Source of the DNA: a virus
Lineage: Duplodnaviria; Caudoviricetes
Strand: one strand, 5' to 3'
Length of the DNA stretch: 30,597 nt
IMG/VR virus record: IMGVR_UViG_3300020042_006438
Coordinates: 1 to 30,597 of that record
Made by a program: the position numbers and the translations under genes. The first letter of the stretch is position 1. Each line of letters begins with the position of its first letter. A model generated the notes under the pieces. That model ran no database searches, had not been told where the DNA came from, and saw nothing but the letters and a program-made list of their open reading frames with translations. Positions 25,396-30,597 of this stretch are shown here, one piece after another.

Positions 25396-27509
25396 TGGCG
25401 CGTTTTGAAATTATTGATGATGAACCTAGAGGTAGATTTGAGATTATCGACGCGCCAGTAGCCAAGAAAAAAGTAGTTGGCGGGGGGGATCGTCTTCAAG
25501 CAGGTGTGGCGGCTTTAAATAAAGGATTCTTTTCTGATTTATTAGGTATGCCAGTTGATGCGGCAGCCAATGCGATTGACCTAGGCAAGGCAGCAATTGG
25601 TTATGGCACAAGCAAAGTGACGGGAAAAGCCCCGCCACAGTGGACGGAGCCTTTTGATCGAACACAAGTGCCCTTATCTGGCGAATGGCTTGCAAAACAA
25701 ATTAATAAAGGTAGTGGCGCATTAGGCATGGGGTCGCCTATTGATAACCCTAACCCGCAAGATCAATTGTCACGGCTTATTTACTCTGGTGGGCGTGTTG
25801 CTGGCTCTTCTATTGTGCCTAATGCTAATGCTCCAATAAGTGGACTAAAACAGCTTGCTAACCTTGGCATGGGCGCAGTAAGTGGAGTAACTGGCGGCGC
25901 AGTCGGAGAGGTTAGCCCTGAATATGCTGGCGTTGCTGGTATGTTGCCTCAAGTCGGTGCATTTTTGGCCGCTAGTGGAATAAAGCGCGGCATTCGCGGC
26001 AATGAGGCTGGAAGAAAAGATATGGATCAGCGCCTTCAAGATTTTAAAAACGCAGGTGTGGATAAGCCGTCTGTTGGTCTAACAAGTGGCAATAAATTAA
26101 TCCAAGGTATTGAAAATATATTATCTCTTACGCCTGGCTCAGTGGGTGTTTTTGAAAAATCAAAACAAAAAATGCTGTCTGGTATGCAAAATAAAGCGAA
26201 TAACTTGCGTGATAGCATATCAACAGAATACGGCCCCGTTGAAGCTGGCGCTGCTTTGCAAGCCGATTTAAAAGGATTGTTTAAAGAGCGCATTGGGAAT
26301 ACTTACGGCACATTAAATGACAAAGTAGAACAGGCGGTTGGCCCTAACATGCCCGTTCCTGTTGCCGAGTCTATTTTTAAATCAGGGCAATTAACTACAC
26401 CGATACCAGGAGCGGAGGCAACATCATCTAATTTTATTAATTCGCGCATTGCCAAAATTAATAGAGATTTGTCTTTTGACGCTGACGGCAAACCTGAGCA
26501 AGCACTTAATAGCCTTATTGTCCTTCCTAATGGGCAACCAGCAATGCAAACAGTTGCCCCGTCAACAGCGCCTCAAGGGATTCCATTTTCCGCATTAAAA
26601 GACTTGCGTACAAAAATTGGGAAAGAATCTTCTTCAAATGCAATAATGGGAACGCCTGAGCAGGGGGAATTTAAGCAACTTTACGGCGCAATGTCTCAAG
26701 ATATGAAAAATGGGGTTTCGCTAGCTGATTTAAAAAATGGGGTTGATCCCGCGTCACCAGGCAGCGCAACAACCGCCCTAAATAGAGCAAATACGTTCTA
26801 CAGTCGCGCTATGAATAGGGTAGACCAAGTTAACCCACTAGCCAATCGGAGTACTCCAGAGGGCGCATATAATTCAGTTGCGAGGTCATTGAATGCAGGC
26901 CCGACAGTTTATAGCCGATTACGTGGCCTAATTAGCCCAGAATCACGCCAAAAAATTGTAGCAACCGTCATTGATGACCTCGGGAAAGCCAATCCAGGTC
27001 AGCAAAATGAACAAGGGGATGTATGGTCGCCACGTAGTTTTTTAACTGGGTACAATAAACTACTGGATGCAAAATCAAAAAAAGCCTTATTTACTCGTTT
27101 GCCAGGCGGTGAAAAAATGTCAGACCAATTGACAGATATTGCTAAAGCTGCCGATATGGTTAATGAAAGTAGTAAGGTATGGGCAAACCCGTCAGGCACT
27201 GCACCAGCGCTAGCCGCGCGTGGAACACTTGGCGCGGTCACGTTCGGCTGGTTCTTTTTTCCTATGGAAGCATCAATAGCAACGGGGGGGATTTTGGCCG
27301 CAAATCAAGTATCCAAACGACTTTTGTTAAATCCAAAATTTGTAAATTGGTTAGCAAAAACACCAGAAATAAGGCCGCAGGATGCGCAATCTTACGCGCA
27401 ACGCTTAATCGCCACAGCGAACTTAACAAATAATGCGCAATTTAAAAGTGATGTATCTGATTATTTATCAGAGGTAAATAATCAATTGTCGGATGCTCCG
27501 ATTAATTAA
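25395..27509 (+). CDS. Ejection (DNA transfer) protein 3
   Basis: 704 aa, Gly-rich hydrophobic N-terminal segments, 'NPSGTA', 'LLLNPKFVNWLA'. Confidence 0.8.
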   Translation: MARFEIIDDEPRGRFEIIDAPVAKKKVVGGGDRLQAGVAALNKGFFSDLLGMPVDAAANAIDLGKAAIGYGTSKVTGKAPPQWTEPFDRTQVPLSGEWLAKQINKGSGALGMGSPIDNPNPQDQLSRLIYSGGRVAGSSIVPNANAPISGLKQLANLGMGAVSGVTGGAVGEVSPEYAGVAGMLPQVGAFLAASGIKRGIRGNEAGRKDMDQRLQDFKNAGVDKPSVGLTSGNKLIQGIENILSLTPGSVGVFEKSKQKMLSGMQNKANNLRDSISTEYGPVEAGAALQADLKGLFKERIGNTYGTLNDKVEQAVGPNMPVPVAESIFKSGQLTTPIPGAEATSSNFINSRIAKINRDLSFDADGKPEQALNSLIVLPNGQPAMQTVAPSTAPQGIPFSALKDLRTKIGKESSSNAIMGTPEQGEFKQLYGAMSQDMKNGVSLADLKNGVDPASPGSATTALNRANTFYSRAMNRVDQVNPLANRSTPEGAYNSVARSLNAGPTVYSRLRGLISPESRQKIVATVIDDLGKANPGQQNEQGDVWSPRSFLTGYNKLLDAKSKKALFTRLPGGEKMSDQLTDIAKAADMVNESSKVWANPSGTAPALAARGTLGAVTFGWFFFPMEASIATGGILAANQVSKRLLLNPKFVNWLAKTPEIRPQDAQSYAQRLIATANLTNNAQFKSDVSDYLSEVNNQLSDAPIN

Positions 27510-27666
27510 AAATTCGATAAATAAACGCGACAACGCAGCCGATAAAAATAATCGGCAAGCATAAAGCCATTATTGGAAATGAAATATCCTCCCATAAACT
27601 TTGGTCGCTATTGTCATGATAAAGCGGAGTTCCAGACGGTCTATTATCGTATTTAGGCAGTTTCAT
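27502..27666 (-). CDS. 54-aa single-TM membrane protein, candidate superinfection exclusion (absent from ORF track)
   Basis: MKLPKYDNRPSGTPLYHDNSDQSLWEDISFPIMALCLPIIFIGCVVAFIYRIFN; RBS GAAGG; overlaps the ejection gene 3 stop by 8 nt. Confidence 0.65.
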   Translation of the reverse strand: MKLPKYDNRPSGTPLYHDNSDQSLWEDISFPIMALCLPIIFIGCVVAFIYRIFN

Positions 27667-27727
27667 ATTGCCTTCAATATTTATTTAAAAATAGACTTTA
27701 ACATTGAAAATGTAAAAATGTAAAATT

Positions 27728-28420
27728 ATGGCAAAAAAAAATAGCCCCACACCTTTTCAACCTATTACACGATCTCCAATGGCATTTGATGCCGCTAAAA
27801 ATTCAGGAGTAGGTTTTGCATCAGGATTTGCTGATGTTGGCGACACATTGCTTAATGCAGCAATTAATGGGGGTGAAAATGTAAAAAATTTAATATTTGG
27901 TACAAATTATCCTTCAGAAATAAAACAGTGGAATGATAATCGACATGTTGGACTTGGTCTTTTTAACCAAGATTATGATAATTCGCCTGCATTTTTATTG
28001 GGGCGACTTGGTGGGAATATTTTAGCTACATCGCCTGTTGGCCCAATTCTTGGAAGTGGTGCAAAAGGGATTGCTGCGCTTGAAAAACTGGGCAATGCAA
28101 TTGCATCTAATGGAATGCGGATTGGTACGGTAGGGGAGGCAACACCTTTTATGAGTAGAGGCGCAGATATAGGCACAAGGATGTTAGGCGGCGCAATCAA
28201 TGGAGGGGCAAGTGCTGGAATGATTAATCCAGAAAATAGCGGGGTAGGGGCATTATTAGGTTCGGCGTTTTCTCCTGGTGTACTTGCAGCGAATCGCCTA
28301 GGAAATTCTTTTTCTTCTTCCGCGCAACCTATTTTTGATTTAGTTCAAAAAAAATTAGCGGGACGATCTATTAAGGATTTTATTGGAAATAATGGAAATT
28401 TTTTAGGATATATAAAATAA
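27728..28420 (+). CDS. Orphan/truncated ejection-protein-like ORF
   Basis: Gly-zipper segments 'GFASGFADVG', 'GRLGGNILATSPVG', 'GGAINGGASAG', 'GVGALLG'; AT-rich ends. Confidence 0.55.
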   Translation: MAKKNSPTPFQPITRSPMAFDAAKNSGVGFASGFADVGDTLLNAAINGGENVKNLIFGTNYPSEIKQWNDNRHVGLGLFNQDYDNSPAFLLGRLGGNILATSPVGPILGSGAKGIAALEKLGNAIASNGMRIGTVGEATPFMSRGADIGTRMLGGAINGGASAGMINPENSGVGALLGSAFSPGVLAANRLGNSFSSSAQPIFDLVQKKLAGRSIKDFIGNNGNFLGYIK

Positions 28421-28424
28421 ATAT

Positions 28425-28520
28425 TTATTTTATTTTTTTAAAAATCCCATATAAAAAAGCCAAAAGTAAAAATATGATTAATTTTAAAAATATATATTTT
28501 ATATAAATAAAGTTGTTCAT
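28425..28520 (-). CDS. 31-aa hydrophobic peptide (absent from ORF track)
   Basis: MNNFIYIKYIFLKLIIFLLLAFLYGIFKKIK; weak RBS; very AT-rich DNA, so it may be spurious. Confidence 0.35.
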   Translation of the reverse strand: MNNFIYIKYIFLKLIIFLLLAFLYGIFKKIK

Positions 28521-28550
28521 TAAAAATAACCTGATTATTAATCTTCGCCT

Positions 28551-28578
28551 AAGCCCACATTAACCCGTGGGCTTTTTT
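28551..28578 (+). terminator. Intrinsic terminator
   Basis: AAGCCCAC-8nt-GTGGGC-T6. Confidence 0.8.
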
Positions 28579-28647
28579 ATTATGCCGAGTAATATCAAAA
28601 ATGTACACAATAAAAACCAACTTACACAATTTAAGCGCAAATAAATA

Positions 28648-29028
28648 ATGGAGCAGCACATGTCCGAAGCTGCAAATCATGCTAATTCCGCTACGCATGG
28701 GATTATCCTTGTTAAGGCATTAGTAAGTTCACCAGGAATTATCGGGATTGGTGGGGCTGCATTATTGTTTATGGTGGATTGGCCGAAAACGGCAAAAGAA
28801 GGATTTTGTCGAGTGGTGGCAAGTGGCGTTGCTTCTCATTTATTCGGCAATGCCGTATTGCGGACTATTACTCACTTTGCGGATTGGATACCACCAGAGG
28901 AAATACAAGCAGGCGCATATTTATTAGCAGGATTACCTGGTTGGTTTTTATTAAGTGCATTGGTGATGTACTTTAAAAAGAATAAATCTAAAAATATTGA
29001 GCAAATTATTAAAGGATTACAAAAATGA
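28648..29028 (+). CDS. Holin-like membrane protein
   Basis: 2-3 hydrophobic segments, basic C-terminus, ATGA overlap with the endolysin; two Met starts (M1/M5). Confidence 0.7.
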   Translation: MEQHMSEAANHANSATHGIILVKALVSSPGIIGIGGAALLFMVDWPKTAKEGFCRVVASGVASHLFGNAVLRTITHFADWIPPEEIQAGAYLLAGLPGWFLLSALVMYFKKNKSKNIEQIIKGLQK

Positions 29029-29540
29029 CATTCGATGAAGCATTTGAAAGATTAATCGGGCACGAAGGAAAATTTAGCAATGATGAAAAAGACCCTGGCA
29101 ATTGGACTAGCGGACGCATTGGCGCGGGGGAATTAAAAGGCACGAAATACGGGATAGCCGCTAATACCTACGGTGACTTGGATATTAAAAATTTGACAAT
29201 TGAAAAGGCAAAAAGTATTTATTACCGTGATTGGTGGTTAAAACTTGGCGCGGATCAAATGGATAGTGCCATTGCATTTCAGGTATGGGATTTTGCTGTA
29301 AATGCAGGGATGAGTACAGCAAGGCGTGCATTGCAACGAGCGGTTAAAGTAGTTGATGATGGAAGTATTGGCCCTCACACGTTAGCCGCAATCCAGTCAT
29401 ACAGTGTTACCGATGTAATTCTTCGGTTTAATGCGCAACGCTTAAAGTATTACACGTCCCTTTCTGGATGGGCAACTTATGGCAAGGGGTGGACAAATCG
29501 TGTCGCAAATAACCTTGATTACGCAGCGGGGGACGCATAA
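29025..29540 (+). CDS. Endolysin, glycoside hydrolase family 108
   Basis: 'IGHEGKFSNDEKDPG', 'GTKYGI', 'DFAVNAG', 'YGKGWTNRV'. Confidence 0.93.
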   Translation: MTFDEAFERLIGHEGKFSNDEKDPGNWTSGRIGAGELKGTKYGIAANTYGDLDIKNLTIEKAKSIYYRDWWLKLGADQMDSAIAFQVWDFAVNAGMSTARRALQRAVKVVDDGSIGPHTLAAIQSYSVTDVILRFNAQRLKYYTSLSGWATYGKGWTNRVANNLDYAAGDA

Positions 29541-30052
29541 TGGACTGGAAAGCAATTGTATCGGCGGTATCACCTTGGATAGCTAGTGCAATCGGTGGCC
29601 CATTGGGTGGCATGGCTGTGTCTGCGATTGGAGATGCTTTAGGGCTATCGGATAAAACAGAAAACGCGATTAAACAGGCATTATCTGGCGCGACGCCTGA
29701 GCAGATGTTGGCGCTAAAGAATGCAGATCAGCAGTTTGCATTGCGCATGCAGGAGCTTGGCTTCCAGAATCTGAAAGATATGGAGGAACTTGCATTTAAA
29801 GACCGTGACAGCGCCCGTAACCGCGAGATACAGACAAATGATTCTACAAACAAGGTACTTGCGTACGGCATTGTTATCGTGTGGGCAATATTAAACATGA
29901 TTCTTTTTATGAATACTGTTCCGCATGGAAGTGAGCAACTTGTCGCACGTCTTTTAGGCACATTAGACGCGGCGCTAATGGTCGTTTTATATTATTATTT
30001 CGGCAGTAGCTACGGAAGCAATAAAAAGAATGAACTATTAGCCAATAAATGA
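29540..30052 (+). CDS. 3TM (GTA-type) holin-like protein
   Basis: 'IASAIGGPLGG', 'DRDSARNRE', two TM segments, 'YYFGSS.GS'. Confidence 0.8.
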   Translation: MDWKAIVSAVSPWIASAIGGPLGGMAVSAIGDALGLSDKTENAIKQALSGATPEQMLALKNADQQFALRMQELGFQNLKDMEELAFKDRDSARNREIQTNDSTNKVLAYGIVIVWAILNMILFMNTVPHGSEQLVARLLGTLDAALMVVLYYYFGSSYGSNKKNELLANK

Positions 30053-30492
30053 AAACCTTACTATTTACCCTGTTAATAATGACAGGTAACGCCTTTTCAG
30101 CGCAAGTTATCGGCATCGCTGACGGCGATACTTTGACCGTTCTTGAAAATAACAAGCCGCTTAAAATAAGGCTGGCCAATATTGACGCACCAGAAAAGCG
30201 GCAAGCCTGGGGTGATCGGTCAAAACAATCATTATCTCAGTTATGCTTTGGCAAAGATGCGCAGTATGTCACGCAAACGATAGATCGCTATAAACGCACT
30301 GTAGCTGTTGTAACGTGTGACGGCGTACAAGTTAACCGTGCCCAGGTAGAACGTGGCCTGGCATGGACTTATACTCGCTATAGTAGGGATTCATCGTTAC
30401 CAGCAATAGAAGCTAAGGCCAGGGATAGTAAAATTGGACTATGGGCTGATAATGAGCCTGTTCCACCCTGGGAATTTAGACGCAAGAAATAG
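30049..30492 (+). CDS. Secreted thermonuclease (SNase family)
   Basis: Signal peptide; 'DGDTL', 'IRLANIDAPE', 'DRYKR', 'GLW', 'PPWEFR'. Confidence 0.93.
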   Translation: MKTLLFTLLIMTGNAFSAQVIGIADGDTLTVLENNKPLKIRLANIDAPEKRQAWGDRSKQSLSQLCFGKDAQYVTQTIDRYKRTVAVVTCDGVQVNRAQVERGLAWTYTRYSRDSSLPAIEAKARDSKIGLWADNEPVPPWEFRRKK

Positions 30493-30493
30493 A

Positions 30494-30597
30494 TTAAAGT
30501 TTTTTTATTTGTGCTTCCTGCCTCTCTACCATAGCAATAAGCTCAAGTATGACTTGAGGATTGGCTGCTACAATATATCTGGCATCTTCTATATCTG
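30494..30597 (-). CDS. 3' end of an Ead/Ea22-like protein (partial, runs off the window)
   Basis: Hand translation ...DIEDARYIVAANPQVILELIAMVERQEAQIKKL*; 'DA.YI.AANP..IL.L' motif. Confidence 0.7.
   Translation of the reverse strand, partial: DIEDARYIVAANPQVILELIAMVERQEAQIKKL

Noticed and set aside
4428-30492. Genome-wide stop-codon reassignment
   Set aside because: Core genes are intact in code 11; TGA and TAG both end genes at sensible places, often in ATGA overlaps. Only one internal stop was found.

Overview
About 30.6 kb of a tailed dsDNA (pro)phage with a P22-like podovirus late region, read in the standard genetic code. The host is probably a Proteobacterium (inference only). Order: Q-like antiterminator and a pR'-like promoter; a ~500 nt non-coding cluster (three structured RNA candidates, a tRNA-like RNA with a 19-nt anticodon loop, tRNA-Thr(TGT)); a leftward island of small genes with twin sigma70 promoters, a shared palindromic operator and an uncalled 52-aa HTH gene; terS/terL; portal; a two-gene insertion (one S4-like protein); scaffold; coat; an antisense HNH endonuclease; adaptor; a Gly-rich tail gene split by one in-frame TGA; permuted papain-like peptidase; tail hub; 1218-aa fibre; GNAT-like assembly protein; three ejection proteins; an orphan ejection-like fragment; holin, GH108 endolysin, second holin-like gene, secreted thermonuclease; and the 3' end of an Ead/Ea22-like gene. 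Most notable: (1) the aberrant tRNA-like RNA (CTA at the anticodon position plus a 12-nt insert) packed among structured RNAs; (2) the UGA-interrupted tail gene; (3) an HNH that appears to have inserted into the last codons of the coat gene and supplies a recoded C-terminus; (4) two tandem 'ejection gene + convergent small membrane peptide' pairs. All family assignments come from motif recognition and synteny by eye; no database search or folding program was run.
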